From Candidatus Peribacteria bacterium (lineage in GTDB: Bacteria > Patescibacteriota > Gracilibacteria > Peribacterales > Peribacteraceae): a stretch of DNA of 64,000 bases. Of this stretch, positions 20,507 through 30,907 are shown in pieces. The stretch is taken from positions 1-64,000 of the forward strand of contig JBEPVF010000007.1 of NCBI GenBank assembly GCA_041691135.1, written 5' to 3'. Each line of letters opens with the position of its first letter. The first letter of the stretch is position 1. Position numbers and translations under genes: made by a program. The notes beneath the pieces are model-generated. The model was not told the origin of the DNA, did no database searches, and saw nothing but the letters and a program-made list of their open reading frames with translations.

Positions 20507-21062
20507 ATGCCTGTTGATACGATGTATCGCCGGCCTTACTTTCCTGGCGCAAGAAACGTAACCGCTCTCGAAGATATTTCCGCATTTCGCGAATGTCACT
20601 CGGCATTCCCACAGGGTCCTGTTCTACTAATGGCTTCGGACGCTGTTTCTTTGGAGCTGGTTGCCTAGTTTTCTTTACGCCTTTCCTCAGACAAGCAAGA
20701 TAGTGCTTGTTTCCCATTTTGTTTGGTTCGCAGTTCTTTTTAAACAAGTGCTCTTGGAAGATTGCCATCACTTTGGCAATATCGTGGTTTGTCATTACTT
20801 TCAGTACTTGGTCAGTATCATCGGCATTTCTTTCGGCATGTTCTATTTGCTCCGTTGCCAGTGTTGGTACACGTAACTTCAAACCCTCCATTCGCTGCCG
20901 ATAAGATTCCTGTTCGCTTAGAGCGACCACAATTGTGTAGATGCGACTTCGAAGTTGATTCCTTTGCGTGTTGGTTTGTATAGCTTCAAGTTCTTCGGCA
21001 GCGGTGATTCTTAGTACGTACTCGCACCATTCTTTTGGTGTAGCTGATGCAGAATATCCCAT
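20385..21062 (-). CDS. Hypothetical protein (3' end overlaps the convergent gene)
   Basis: 225-aa AT-richer ORF filling the gap; last ~40 codons overlap the neighbour. Confidence 0.55.
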   Translation of the reverse strand: MGYSASATPKEWCEYVLRITAAEELEAIQTNTQRNQLRSRIYTIVVALSEQESYRQRMEGLKLRVPTLATEQIEHAERNADDTDQVLKVMTNHDIAKVMAIFQEHLFKKNCEPNKMGNKHYLACLRKGVKKTRQPAPKKQRPKPLVEQDPVGMPSDIREMRKYLRERLRFLRQESKAGDTSYQQAFNVYFPSEIEKAPTAPTPSSSPHYPPTHGETAQPRSHPET

Positions 21063-21144
21063 GTGTATATAATGCGTTGTACAGCTTTTTTGTCAATTTT
21101 TTCGAGGCGTTGCCCTCGGAGCGCCTCTTACTTACACTGCACCC

Positions 21145-22968
21145 ATGGAGGCGCCCATTCATCCTCGCAGTATCGTCATTCTCGATTTTGGGGGCCAGTA
21201 TGCTCATCTGATAGCCCGACGCGTACGGCAGTGCGGGGCATATTCGGAGATTCTGCCACCCGAGACGTCGGCTGACAGATTGAAGGACGCTGCCGGAATC
21301 ATTCTGTCTGGCGGGCCGCAGAGTGTGTACGACGCCGGGAGTCCAAAGGCGGATCCGAAGATCCTGGAGCTTGGTATTCCTGTTCTTGGCCTGTGTTATG
21401 GCCTGCATTGGATGACACAAGCTTTGGGCGGACAAGTGAAAGGCGGCAACGTGAAGGAGTATGGCAAGACGCGTATTATCATCGAAAACGGTGGGGGCGC
21501 GCTGCTCCAGGATTGCGGTGACAGCTGTACGGTGTGGATGTCGCACGGTGACGAGGCGGCGAGGTTGCCCGATGGATTCACGCTTATCGCAAGCTCCGAG
21601 ACATGCAAGCATGCGGCATTCTCGGACGAAGACCGACGCCTGTTCGCGCTGCAATTTCATCCCGAGGTCACGCACAGCGAACACGGTTTCGATATGCTTC
21701 GTCGCTTCGTCGCGTTGTGCGATGCGGCACCTTGGGCGATCGAGAACTATACGGGCTACGTCGGTGAGCAGGTGAAGCAAGAAGTCAGCAATAGAAAAGT
21801 CTTTATGCTTGTGTCCGGCGGAGTTGATTCGACAGTAGCATTCACGCTGCTCAATCAAGTGCTGGGGAAAGATCGTGTGCAGGGATTGCTCGTGGACACG
21901 GGCCTGATGCGCAAGAACGAAGTGGCATTGATCAAAAATGCATTCGATCATCTGGGCATCGATAACTTGCACGTGGTCGATGAGTCCGAGACATTCTTCG
22001 AAAAATTGAAGGGAGTCTACGAACCGGAGCAGAAGCGAAAAATCATCGGCGACACCTTCCTCGATGTGCAGAAGCGTGTGAGCGAAGAGATGGATCTGCG
22101 CGTGGAAGACGGATGGATGCTCGGACAGGGAACCATCTATCCCGACACGATCGAAACTGGCGGAACCAAACATGCGGACAAGATCAAGACACATCACAAC
22201 CGTGTCGATGCGATTCAGCAGATGATCGAGAAGGGACTCGTGATCGAGCCGCTCAAGGAACTCTACAAAGACGAAGTGCGAGCGCTGGGCGAAGAATTAG
22301 GTCTGCCGCACGATCTGGTGTGGCGTCATCCATTCCCGGGACCGGGGTTGGGGGTCAGAATTCTTTGTGCCGAGCAGTCATCGCCTTTGTCGTGGGAGCA
22401 GGCAGTGCCGAATGGAGCGCAGCTGACTGACTTCATCCAAAGCGGCGTGATCCTTCCGGTCAAATCAGTGGGCGTGCAGGGTGATGGGCGCACCTACCGT
22501 CATGCGGTCGCATATTTCACAGATGATCTGCGACAAATCCATGATGTGCATGTGCTCGCCACGATGGTGCCCAATGCCGTACCGACGCTGAATCGTGTTC
22601 TCCTGTGTATAGATCCTGATAAGAAGCCGAAAAAGTTTACGTTCACTCCTGGTTACCTCACGCGCGCGCGAGCCGATCTGCTACGCGAGGCCGATGCGAT
22701 TGTGGATGACGAGATGCGGAGGGCCGAGCTGTACAAAGAGATTTGGCAGTTCCCGGTCGTTCTCTTGCCAGTCGGTGTACAAGACGGTGGTCAGTCCATT
22801 GTGCTGCGTCCCATTACGTCCATCGATGCGATGTCGGCGGACGCCAAGTTGTTGCCCGATGATGTTCTGCGGACGATCAACGATCGGATCCTGGCCGAAG
22901 TGCCGGGGATCGATGCGGTATTTTTGGATCTGACGAACAAACCGCCGGGCACGATAGAATGGGAATGA
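21145..22968 (+). CDS. guaA: GMP synthase (glutamine-hydrolysing)
   Basis: ILDFGGQY, GLCYG, QFHPEV, SGGVDS, QGTIYPD, HPFPGPGLG, KPPGTIEWE. Confidence 0.97.
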   Translation: MEAPIHPRSIVILDFGGQYAHLIARRVRQCGAYSEILPPETSADRLKDAAGIILSGGPQSVYDAGSPKADPKILELGIPVLGLCYGLHWMTQALGGQVKGGNVKEYGKTRIIIENGGGALLQDCGDSCTVWMSHGDEAARLPDGFTLIASSETCKHAAFSDEDRRLFALQFHPEVTHSEHGFDMLRRFVALCDAAPWAIENYTGYVGEQVKQEVSNRKVFMLVSGGVDSTVAFTLLNQVLGKDRVQGLLVDTGLMRKNEVALIKNAFDHLGIDNLHVVDESETFFEKLKGVYEPEQKRKIIGDTFLDVQKRVSEEMDLRVEDGWMLGQGTIYPDTIETGGTKHADKIKTHHNRVDAIQQMIEKGLVIEPLKELYKDEVRALGEELGLPHDLVWRHPFPGPGLGVRILCAEQSSPLSWEQAVPNGAQLTDFIQSGVILPVKSVGVQGDGRTYRHAVAYFTDDLRQIHDVHVLATMVPNAVPTLNRVLLCIDPDKKPKKFTFTPGYLTRARADLLREADAIVDDEMRRAELYKEIWQFPVVLLPVGVQDGGQSIVLRPITSIDAMSADAKLLPDDVLRTINDRILAEVPGIDAVFLDLTNKPPGTIEWE

Positions 22969-22971
22969 GGT

Positions 22972-23157
22972 CACCCCATCCGCGCTGCGGGGCACCTTCC
23001 CCGGCCCTCCCATACGCCAACACGGGGAAGGGCGAGAGAACAAAACAGAAACATTCCCTTCCCCGTGAAAGCCTCTGAAGATGTGTCATTTAGAAAAAAA
23101 GTCTGATTTTCTCAGAACAAGAATGGAGGAGGCGGGGGAAGGGCTAGGGATGGGGTG
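22972..23157. mobile_element. MITE/REP-like element R2, copy 1
   Basis: Terminal inverted repeat CACCCCATCC/GGATGGGGTG; near-identical reverse-complement copy at 33996-34183. Confidence 0.75.
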
Positions 23158-23192
23158 CTTCCACTGGCCAACTAGTCTAGAATCAAACTCTC

Positions 23193-23777
23193 ATGGCGAA
23201 TTCGTCTCTTGAGGAATCCGAGATTCAGCGGCTGGTCGTACAGGCGCAGGGTGGAGACACCGAGGCGTTCGGCCGTGTGTACGATCACTACTTTACTGCC
23301 GTGTATCGGTACACTGCGTTCCGGTCTCCGGCCGAGATGGCGGAGGATCTGGTGGCGGACATCTTCGTGAAAGCGTGGGAGAAGCTGCATCAGTACAAAC
23401 CGCAAAAAGACGTGTCCTTCGGGGCTTGGATTTTCCGTATCGCACGCCACACGGTGATTGATGCCTATCGTACACATCGGGCGTTTGAAGAAGTATCCGA
23501 GGATATCGTCGATCCAGATCAGTTTAACAGGGCTGATACGCGCATTAATAGTAAGGAACTTTTACAGACAGTTCGTCAAGCAGTAAGCCAGCTCCCCAAA
23601 CGCTACCGGGAGGTGATTCTATTGTGCTTCGTCGCCGATCTACCCCATAGCGAAGTGGCCAGGGTGCTCAAAACCAGCGAAGGAAACGTCCGTACGCTCA
23701 AATTACGGGCTCTCCAGAAGCTCGAAACCCTTCTCCCCCGCGATGTGCACGAAAAACCGCCGTCTTACCCCTCCTAA
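23193..23777 (+). CDS. ECF RNA polymerase sigma factor
   Basis: GDTEAF..Y, AEDLVADIFVKAW, AWIFRIARH, region 4 HTH. Confidence 0.93.
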   Translation: MANSSLEESEIQRLVVQAQGGDTEAFGRVYDHYFTAVYRYTAFRSPAEMAEDLVADIFVKAWEKLHQYKPQKDVSFGAWIFRIARHTVIDAYRTHRAFEEVSEDIVDPDQFNRADTRINSKELLQTVRQAVSQLPKRYREVILLCFVADLPHSEVARVLKTSEGNVRTLKLRALQKLETLLPRDVHEKPPSYPS

Positions 23778-23816
23778 ATTGTAACAGCATGCCATTTTCT
23801 TCGTTATCTGCAGTGC

Positions 23817-25691
23817 ATGGATCGTAAGCGAATACCCTCTGGCAAGCCGTTTGAATCCTCTTTGGAGGGACATCTGCACCAGGTGCAGCAGCATCTCGAT
23901 CCTCATCAGAGTGTGAAACAGAAAATTCATAGCCGTATTCAACAACGTATTCAGGAGCCGGCTGTTTTTGAGGATGTCCGCCGCGTTCTCTCGCCGAACG
24001 CAGCAACGAAGCTGCGTGTATGGCAGCGCGCGTGGGGTCGCATTGCGCCACTGGGCGATCTGAGTCTGTGGGATCGATTGCGGGCACTTCTTTCACCACA
24101 GCATTCGGTGCAGGAAGCCTTGCGCGGTCGCGTCATGAATCGCCTGCAGCCGACGCCCGTCTACGTGTATTCGTCGCATCCCATCAAATGGGTGGCGGCT
24201 TTCGTTCTCGTGGCGTTGGTCACCACGACGGTTGCACCGTTCCTCGTTGCACCCCGTACGATTGCCGACTCACAAGTGCTCGTGCAGGGGCAGGTGTTCC
24301 TGCTCATGGATGGTAATCTCTGGCAACCGATGCAGACCGAATTCCCGCTGACCAAGAGCGCGTTCCTGCAAACAGGCAAGAATTCCGCCAAGATCATTCT
24401 GTACGACGATGCGGTGTTTCGTATGGCGCCCAATACGACAATCGCATTGCATGATTTAACAGACCGTCCGGCAATACCGACCTATCCGACAACTCTCACC
24501 GTCTATAAGGGCAAAGTTTGGGCGCAGGGTTTTGTGGCAGATGGCGAAAGTCCGCTGACAATCGCGGTAGGTGATGAGACGGTTACGCTCAACGAAGGCA
24601 GCGTCTCCATCGACGAAACCGGTCGTGTGCAGGTGTGGAACCGTCGTGCGACGATTGCGCAGGCTGATCAGCAGTTGAACCTGCTCGCCGGAGAAGAAAC
24701 GCATGCCGTGAAGAACAGTCCGCTCATCGCCCAGAAGATACCGTCGAACGATTACGACACGCCGTGGGTTACCAAGAACCTGGCATTCGATGCGGTGCAC
24801 CAGCGCGAGATCGCGCAAATCCAGCAGGAGCGTCTGGCCGCGGCGGCGGGAATCCTACCCACCAGTCCTTTTTACGTCGTCAAACGTGCAGCCGAAGCAG
24901 TGGATCGCGCGTTTACCTTCACGCCGGAGCAGAAAACCAAGAAGATCCTGGCGCAGGCCAATACGCGATTGAAGGAAGCGGCGGCTTTGATCGTGGATGG
25001 AAGTTCGGATGTCTCCGCACCGCTTGCCGAGTACCGTGCAGCCGTGTTATCGGTAGCCAGCGGATCAACCGTAACGCAGTCGCTGGTTCAGGAAGACATC
25101 ACCAATACGACGGCAGACTTATCGGCCGCACTGCCCAATGATGCCGGTTACCAGCTTAAAGAAACGGTGCTCGGGACAGCGGCCGCACTGCCGAACAGTT
25201 CGATCAATGTTCAAGATGTGCTGCTCGCCGACAAACTGATGGCCGTGAAGCAGACGGTGGAGGAAGGCAAAGATGTGCAGCCGAATGTACTCAGCGATCT
25301 GGCACCGAATCTCGGCAACCAGGACAGTGCTTCACCTGAGCTGCAGGAAGCTGCAGCCTCGCTCTCGGTAGCGCAGAACGCCTTCGAGAATGTCGATGGC
25401 TTGGCCGGCACCGGTGCATCGAAAGACATGAAGAGCGTACGTCCATCGCATGCTCCCACGAGTCCAATCGCCGCCGATATTCCTGCGGCAGTGGGCATGT
25501 TACTTGGAAGGATGAATACGTATCACTTGTCCGCTTCCATTACGGCGCAGGCTGTCACAGAAGTACGTAACCTCCAGGGAAATCCTGATCGCGATGCCAT
25601 TATCCGCGAGGCGATCCGCCAGCTGGATGCACCGTACAATACGGCTTTGGCACATGCGTTGCAGAAAGCGAAGGGGAAGGGGCAGTGGTAA
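23817..25691 (+). CDS. Putative membrane anti-sigma factor with FecR-like and DUF5667-like domains
   Basis: Directly after ECF sigma; single TM; FecR-like beta region; AGILPTSPFYVVKRAAE motif. Confidence 0.65.
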   Translation: MDRKRIPSGKPFESSLEGHLHQVQQHLDPHQSVKQKIHSRIQQRIQEPAVFEDVRRVLSPNAATKLRVWQRAWGRIAPLGDLSLWDRLRALLSPQHSVQEALRGRVMNRLQPTPVYVYSSHPIKWVAAFVLVALVTTTVAPFLVAPRTIADSQVLVQGQVFLLMDGNLWQPMQTEFPLTKSAFLQTGKNSAKIILYDDAVFRMAPNTTIALHDLTDRPAIPTYPTTLTVYKGKVWAQGFVADGESPLTIAVGDETVTLNEGSVSIDETGRVQVWNRRATIAQADQQLNLLAGEETHAVKNSPLIAQKIPSNDYDTPWVTKNLAFDAVHQREIAQIQQERLAAAAGILPTSPFYVVKRAAEAVDRAFTFTPEQKTKKILAQANTRLKEAAALIVDGSSDVSAPLAEYRAAVLSVASGSTVTQSLVQEDITNTTADLSAALPNDAGYQLKETVLGTAAALPNSSINVQDVLLADKLMAVKQTVEEGKDVQPNVLSDLAPNLGNQDSASPELQEAAASLSVAQNAFENVDGLAGTGASKDMKSVRPSHAPTSPIAADIPAAVGMLLGRMNTYHLSASITAQAVTEVRNLQGNPDRDAIIREAIRQLDAPYNTALAHALQKAKGKGQW

Positions 25692-25877
25692 TAGACAGGA
25701 TCGTGCAGTGGTTATCCTTCTTCAAGAGAAGCCGACGGCTGAAGGAGAGGATTATGAGGATTTTTTCACGATGATTTGAAATTGTAATTGTCGCTTCTAT
25801 CGGTTCCCTCGACGCCGCCGGTTTCCTCTTCGTTGAAGTATTGACTAGCCTCCGGTCCCCCTGCACACTTTGCTCCC

Positions 25878-26441
25878 ATGTATACCATTACGGATCTCAA
25901 GCCCGGCCGCGCCATCAATATCGATGGCGAACCGTACCTCATTCTCAGCTCGCAGTTCGGCCGCAAAAGCCAGAGCAAGGCGAACATGCAGACCAAGCTG
26001 AAGAACCTGAAGACAGGCGCCATCGTCGCCAGGAACTTCCAGGGATCCGAAAAGATCGAGCCGGCCGATGTGGGCTACCGCAAGGTGCAGTACCTCTACA
26101 ACGACGGTTCCAATTACACGTTCATGGATCTGCAGACCTACGATCAGTACGAGTTATCGGCTGAGGTGATGGAAGAGACGGGCGGTTATCTGGTGGATGG
26201 TCAGGAAGTGGATGCGCTCATGTTCCAGGACAATCCTATCGGTATCAATGTGCCGTCTACTGTCACCTTGGTAGTCAAAGAGACGATCCCTGGCGTGAAG
26301 GGCGACACGGCCACCGGCGGTTCCAAACCGGCCACGCTGGAAACAGGCATGACGGTGAACGTTCCACTCTTCATCAACGAAGGCGATAAAGTGAAAGTGA
26401 ATACCGAGACGGGGGAGTATATGGAGCGAGTGAATTCTTAA
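25878..26441 (+). CDS. efp: Elongation factor P
   Basis: KLKNLKTG, QYLY, PGVKGDT, KPATLETG, VPLFINEG. Confidence 0.97.
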   Translation: MYTITDLKPGRAINIDGEPYLILSSQFGRKSQSKANMQTKLKNLKTGAIVARNFQGSEKIEPADVGYRKVQYLYNDGSNYTFMDLQTYDQYELSAEVMEETGGYLVDGQEVDALMFQDNPIGINVPSTVTLVVKETIPGVKGDTATGGSKPATLETGMTVNVPLFINEGDKVKVNTETGEYMERVNS

Positions 26442-26447
26442 CTAGTT

Positions 26448-26735
26448 ATGCCAAGGGAAACCATAAGAGACTTCTTTGATTTTGGCGACGAGAATCCGCC
26501 GCCTCTTCGATCCTTGCGCGAAGAGCTCGGTCTGCCCGAGCCGGAGAATGTACCTGGCGGCCCTACTGTTTCAGAAGATTTATTGTTGAGCCTTATCCGA
26601 AAACAGCTTAGCCGAGAGTTGGCAGTAGTTCTGTACAGCTTGATTGAAAAATATATAGCCTGGAGGAAGGCCCATATTCGATTGCTTCTTGAAGAAGCAG
26701 GACGAAGCGTGGCCAATCAAACAGAATCAAACTGA
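26448..26735 (+). CDS. Hypothetical protein
   Basis: 95-aa ORF directly after efp. Confidence 0.65.
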   Translation: MPRETIRDFFDFGDENPPPLRSLREELGLPEPENVPGGPTVSEDLLLSLIRKQLSRELAVVLYSLIEKYIAWRKAHIRLLLEEAGRSVANQTESN

Positions 26736-26753
26736 AAGGAGAAATACTGCTGT

Positions 26754-28181
26754 TTACGTAATTTTCTTCAACAATAATTCATTCACTTTCTTCGGGTTCG
26801 CCTGACCTTTGGATTCTTTCATAATCCATCCCACTACCGGACCCAGTGCCGATTGCTTGCCTGCTTTGTATGATTCAATTGCTCCCTGATTCGCGGCTAC
26901 GGCTTTGTCGACAAGTTCCTGCAGAGCGCCGTCATCCGAGATCTGTCCCATACCTTCTTCCTTGATGATGTCGTAGGCGGATTTGCCGGTGGTGACCATC
27001 TTTTCCAGAACATCTTTTCCGGCATTGCCGGAAATTGTGCCGTCTTCGATATTCGTAGCCAAATCCAAAAGTGCTTGCACATCGGGCGCATCGGCGAGGG
27101 TGTTGCCGTGAGCATTAAGGAAGCCCATCAGCTGCGTGAGCACGATGCTCGAGGCCTTCTTGGCGTCGTTCAGTTTGGTGTAGACGGCGTCGAAGCGCAG
27201 GCGCAGAGCCGCTTCATCGATGAGCATGGTAGCCTCAGCGTTGGAAAGCTTCAGATCCAGATATTGCTGCTTCAGTTCGCGGGGCAGCGGTGGTAAGGCG
27301 CCCTGTACTTGTTTGAGCATTGCCGTGTCCACATGCATCGGTGGAATATCCGGTTCGGGGAAGTAGCGATAGTCGCCGGCATTCTCTTTGTCGCGCAGTA
27401 GACGCGTCTTCTCTTCGTCATCCTGCCAGCCGACTGTAATGTCGCCCGTGAGCGGACCGCCTGTCTCTTCCCACAATTTGCGCAGCCGTTTTTCCTCGTA
27501 CTGCAGGGCTTTTTCGAGTGACTTGAAGGAGTTCAGGTTCTTGATCTCGCTACGTGGGTTCAGTTTCTCGGTTCCCTTTTCACGCAACGAAATCGACGCG
27601 TCGAAGCGCATCATGCCTTTGAACATATCGGCCTCGCTGCTGTCGACGGCCACGACGATGCGCCGCAGTTCCTGGGCAAAAGCCACGGCTTCGTCCGACG
27701 AACGCAAGTCTGGCTCAGTCACAATCTCCATCAAGGGCGTGCCGGCGCGGTTGTAATCGCACAGTGTTTTGCCGCCTTCGTGGCTCAGCTTACCGGCATC
27801 GTTCTCCATGTGCAGCCGCGTGATGCCGCAGCGCATTTCTTTGTTCGGCAGGTCGTAATGGACCTCGCCGTGCTGCGCCAGTGGGAAGTCGTACTGCGAG
27901 ATTTGGAAGCCCGAAGGGAGATCAGGGTAAAAGTAGTGCTTGCGGTCGAAGTGGCTGTGCTCGTTCACTTTGCATTTGAGCGCCAGTGACGCCTTGATCG
28001 ATTTGAAGAACGCTTCTTTGTTGGGCACCGGCAATGTTCCGGGGTGTCCCATACATACCGGACACACTGTCGTGTTCGGTTCTTTGCCAAACGCATCGTT
28101 GTCGCAATTGCAGAACATCTTCGTCTTCGTATTCATCTGTGCGTGCACTTCCAAGCCGATAATCACTTCCAATTCAGCCAT
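26754..28181 (-). CDS. gatB: Asp/Glu-tRNA amidotransferase subunit B
   Basis: IGLEVHAQ, FDRKHYFYPDLP, EIKNLNS, DYRYFPEPD. Confidence 0.98.
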   Translation of the reverse strand: MAELEVIIGLEVHAQMNTKTKMFCNCDNDAFGKEPNTTVCPVCMGHPGTLPVPNKEAFFKSIKASLALKCKVNEHSHFDRKHYFYPDLPSGFQISQYDFPLAQHGEVHYDLPNKEMRCGITRLHMENDAGKLSHEGGKTLCDYNRAGTPLMEIVTEPDLRSSDEAVAFAQELRRIVVAVDSSEADMFKGMMRFDASISLREKGTEKLNPRSEIKNLNSFKSLEKALQYEEKRLRKLWEETGGPLTGDITVGWQDDEEKTRLLRDKENAGDYRYFPEPDIPPMHVDTAMLKQVQGALPPLPRELKQQYLDLKLSNAEATMLIDEAALRLRFDAVYTKLNDAKKASSIVLTQLMGFLNAHGNTLADAPDVQALLDLATNIEDGTISGNAGKDVLEKMVTTGKSAYDIIKEEGMGQISDDGALQELVDKAVAANQGAIESYKAGKQSALGPVVGWIMKESKGQANPKKVNELLLKKIT

Positions 28182-28276
28182 GCCAAAAGATTACTTTTTT
28201 GCGCTCGCATATGCAATTATTCATAAGCTTGACAATACATAATTGACATTGTTTAAAGCAAGAATACGATTTGTGT

Positions 28277-28867
28277 ATGATTCAACGAATCCGTCCTGAA
28301 GGCAGTGAACGGGCTGAAGAATCTGATGAGATACTCATGAGCCGATATAAGGGCGAAGGGAATCAAGAAGCCTTCGCACAACTTCTTGACCGTTATCAGG
28401 CGGAATTGCTTCGATATCTTACCAAATACACCGGTTCGTCCGAGCTGGGGGCCGATATTTTGCAAAATACATTTATGCAGATACTTCTCAAAAAACATCT
28501 TTATAAAGATGGGGCTTTGGTAAGACCGTGGCTTTATTCTATCGCAACCCATCAGGCAATTGATGTGCTTCGCAAAATAGGAAAACATCCAACTGTTAGT
28601 TTAGATCAGCCAATAAAAAGTGAGTTCATGGATCCTTTGGTTGTTGAAGAGCAAAAAGACTGCGTGAGAACTGCAATAGCCGACCTTAGCCCTGTATTGC
28701 GTGAAGTTGTGGTGTTGGCGTACTTCCAAAATTTTAAATACCGAGAGATTTCTGATAGGCTTAAAGTTCCTATAGGTACTGTGAAATCTCGGCTGCACGC
28801 TGCATTGTTAAAGTTGCGAGAAGAAAGACGTCTATTGTTTGGTGAAAATGAAGTACCTCAAACTTAA
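28277..28867 (+). CDS. Orphan ECF sigma factor (Planctomycetota-like sequence)
   Basis: SDEILM.RY, QNTFMQ, VRPWLYSIATHQAID, GTVKSRLHAA. Confidence 0.9.
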   Translation: MIQRIRPEGSERAEESDEILMSRYKGEGNQEAFAQLLDRYQAELLRYLTKYTGSSELGADILQNTFMQILLKKHLYKDGALVRPWLYSIATHQAIDVLRKIGKHPTVSLDQPIKSEFMDPLVVEEQKDCVRTAIADLSPVLREVVVLAYFQNFKYREISDRLKVPIGTVKSRLHAALLKLREERRLLFGENEVPQT

Positions 28868-28875
28868 AATCACTT

Positions 28876-29313
28876 CTAATAATCCACGATCAACATCCCT
28901 TCCAAATGATCCACCTCGTGCTGCACCACGCGTGCATCAAAGTTTTGGAGTTGGCGCTCCTGGGGTTTACCTTTTTCGTCGAGATACTTGACTGTGATTT
29001 CGACCGAACGGGGAACCGGAATCCAGACGTGCGGCAGGCTGAGGCAGCCTTCTTCGTCGATGGCTTTCTCGTCGCTGCGAAAAGTAATTTCTGGATTGAT
29101 CAGCGGTGTGATTTTGTCGTTGATGTAAGCCAGGCATACGCGTGATTCGTCGGCAATCTGCGGTGCGGCGAGGCCGACGCCTTTGGCTTCTATCATCGAA
29201 TCCTTCATGTCTTCAATCAGTTTGAGTATTTTTTTAGTCACCTTAGGCACGGGTTTTGTCTTCTTGCGAAGAATGGGGTTATCGGCGCCGAAGACAATTG
29301 GCAGGATAGCCAT
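28876..29313 (-). CDS. def: Peptide deformylase
   Basis: GVGLAAPQI, EGCLS, QHEVDHLEG. Confidence 0.97.
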   Translation of the reverse strand: MAILPIVFGADNPILRKKTKPVPKVTKKILKLIEDMKDSMIEAKGVGLAAPQIADESRVCLAYINDKITPLINPEITFRSDEKAIDEEGCLSLPHVWIPVPRSVEITVKYLDEKGKPQERQLQNFDARVVQHEVDHLEGMLIVDY

Positions 29314-29381
29314 GCTCAGATTCTACAACAGAAAATTTGAAGCACTAGATTAGATGCATTCGAATGTCGTGCTTCGTGCTT

Positions 29382-29963
29382 TTAGGCCACCAGTTGCTTC
29401 AGTCCGGCTTTCTTCCTCAGATCCTCCAAGGTCTTGATATTCCCCACTTCCATCATTTTCAAAACCGCTTGCGCCGCCAGGATCGTATCACCAAGAGCGC
29501 GGTGTCGTTCGACCGGCATCTGCAAATTGAATTTACGGCAGATGACATCCAGACTGTGGCGGAATTCCTGGGGGTAGAGGCTCTGGCTGAGGCGCATGCT
29601 GCACAGGCATTCGGGCAGGTCGACGTAGCCCCAGCAGAATTCTTTTTCGCTGGTCAGGAAGCCATGGTCAAATGCGGCATTGTGGGCGATGAGGATCGTG
29701 CCGCTGGCAAACTCCAGAAACTGCGGCAAGACGGCGTCGATAGTCGGCGCATCTTTCACGTCAGATTCATCGATCTTGTTCACTTGTTTGGCTTCCCAGG
29801 GAATGTCCCGCTCCGGATTCACGAACGAAACGAATGTTTTGTCTTCGCACAGCTTACCGTCTTGCACGCGTATACCGGCAATTTCGATAATGCGATGGCC
29901 TTTCTTCGGATCGAGGCCGGTCGTTTCCAGATCAAAAACGGTAAGAGGTGGCAGTGCGGACAT
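29382..29963 (-). CDS. DEDDh 3'-5' exonuclease (DnaQ/PolC-epsilon-like)
   Basis: FDLETTG, IAHNAAFD, HRALGD. Confidence 0.92.
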   Translation of the reverse strand: MSALPPLTVFDLETTGLDPKKGHRIIEIAGIRVQDGKLCEDKTFVSFVNPERDIPWEAKQVNKIDESDVKDAPTIDAVLPQFLEFASGTILIAHNAAFDHGFLTSEKEFCWGYVDLPECLCSMRLSQSLYPQEFRHSLDVICRKFNLQMPVERHRALGDTILAAQAVLKMMEVGNIKTLEDLRKKAGLKQLVA

Positions 29964-30132
29964 TGGGGGCTGACTATAGTGATAGGCGGAGCGCGGCTCT
30001 AGCAATTTTTATTGACGTCAAAAGATCTCGTCTCTTCCAAGGATGACGCAGGATGAGAACAGATTCCAGCAGATAGTGGTTTTTCTTCTGTGGGTAGAGA
30101 ATACAGCGAAGAGGATTTACACTCCTTCCATC

Positions 30133-30810
30133 ATGCTTTCCGTCGATACTGTTCTCCGCACGCTCAAGAAACTCTATCAGCCGCCCAAGACTTTTTCGGA
30201 GTGGAAGACGCCGCTTGAGTTGGTGATCGCGACAGTCTTGAGCGCCCAGTGCACGGATGCACGTGTGAATCTGGTCACCCGGGAGCTGTTTCGCAAGTAC
30301 CGCTTACCGCAGGACTACCTGCGTGTTTCAATGCGGCAACTGGAGGACGATATCCGTCCGTGCGGCCTGTATCACAACAAGGCGAAATTCATTCGTGCGC
30401 TGTGCGCGATTCTGTTGAAGGAGCACAACGGCGAAGTGCCGCAGACGATGAAGGAACTGACGGCACTGCCGGGAGTCGGGCGCAAGACAGCATCAATCGT
30501 GCTCTATGCGGGATTCGACAAACTTGAAGGGATCGCCGTAGACACTCACGTGCTCCGCCTCGCTTTGCGGTTGGGTTTCACCCGTTCCAAGGATCAGAAG
30601 CACGCGGAGGCGGATTTGATGCGTCAGACACCCAGGCGCGATTGGGGTGTGATCAATCCGCTGCTCATCAGTCATGGCCGGGCCGTGTGTACGGCCCGTG
30701 ATCGGCGCTGCGAACGGTGTCCGTTTGCAGGGGAATGTCCGTCGTCGCGCATACTTGGCCATGACGATTTGGCGCGGACAGGCAAATCGGGGCCAAAAAA
30801 GAAAAAATGA
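30133..30810 (+). CDS. nth: Endonuclease III
   Basis: LSAQCTD, LPGVGRKTA, VDTHV, C-x6-C-x2-C-x5-C FeS motif. Confidence 0.96.
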   Translation: MLSVDTVLRTLKKLYQPPKTFSEWKTPLELVIATVLSAQCTDARVNLVTRELFRKYRLPQDYLRVSMRQLEDDIRPCGLYHNKAKFIRALCAILLKEHNGEVPQTMKELTALPGVGRKTASIVLYAGFDKLEGIAVDTHVLRLALRLGFTRSKDQKHAEADLMRQTPRRDWGVINPLLISHGRAVCTARDRRCERCPFAGECPSSRILGHDDLARTGKSGPKKKK

Positions 30811-30907
30811 CACAACAGTATTACGATGTTTTTGCTGTAGTTCCGCACGTTTCTTTTTCGACCTGTCGCTGTACCATTCTCAGGTTGTATTCGTTTCTTT
30901 TGTCTCT

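Noticed and set aside
20986-22197. 403-aa minus-strand ORF
   Set aside because: Antisense shadow of guaA with no motifs
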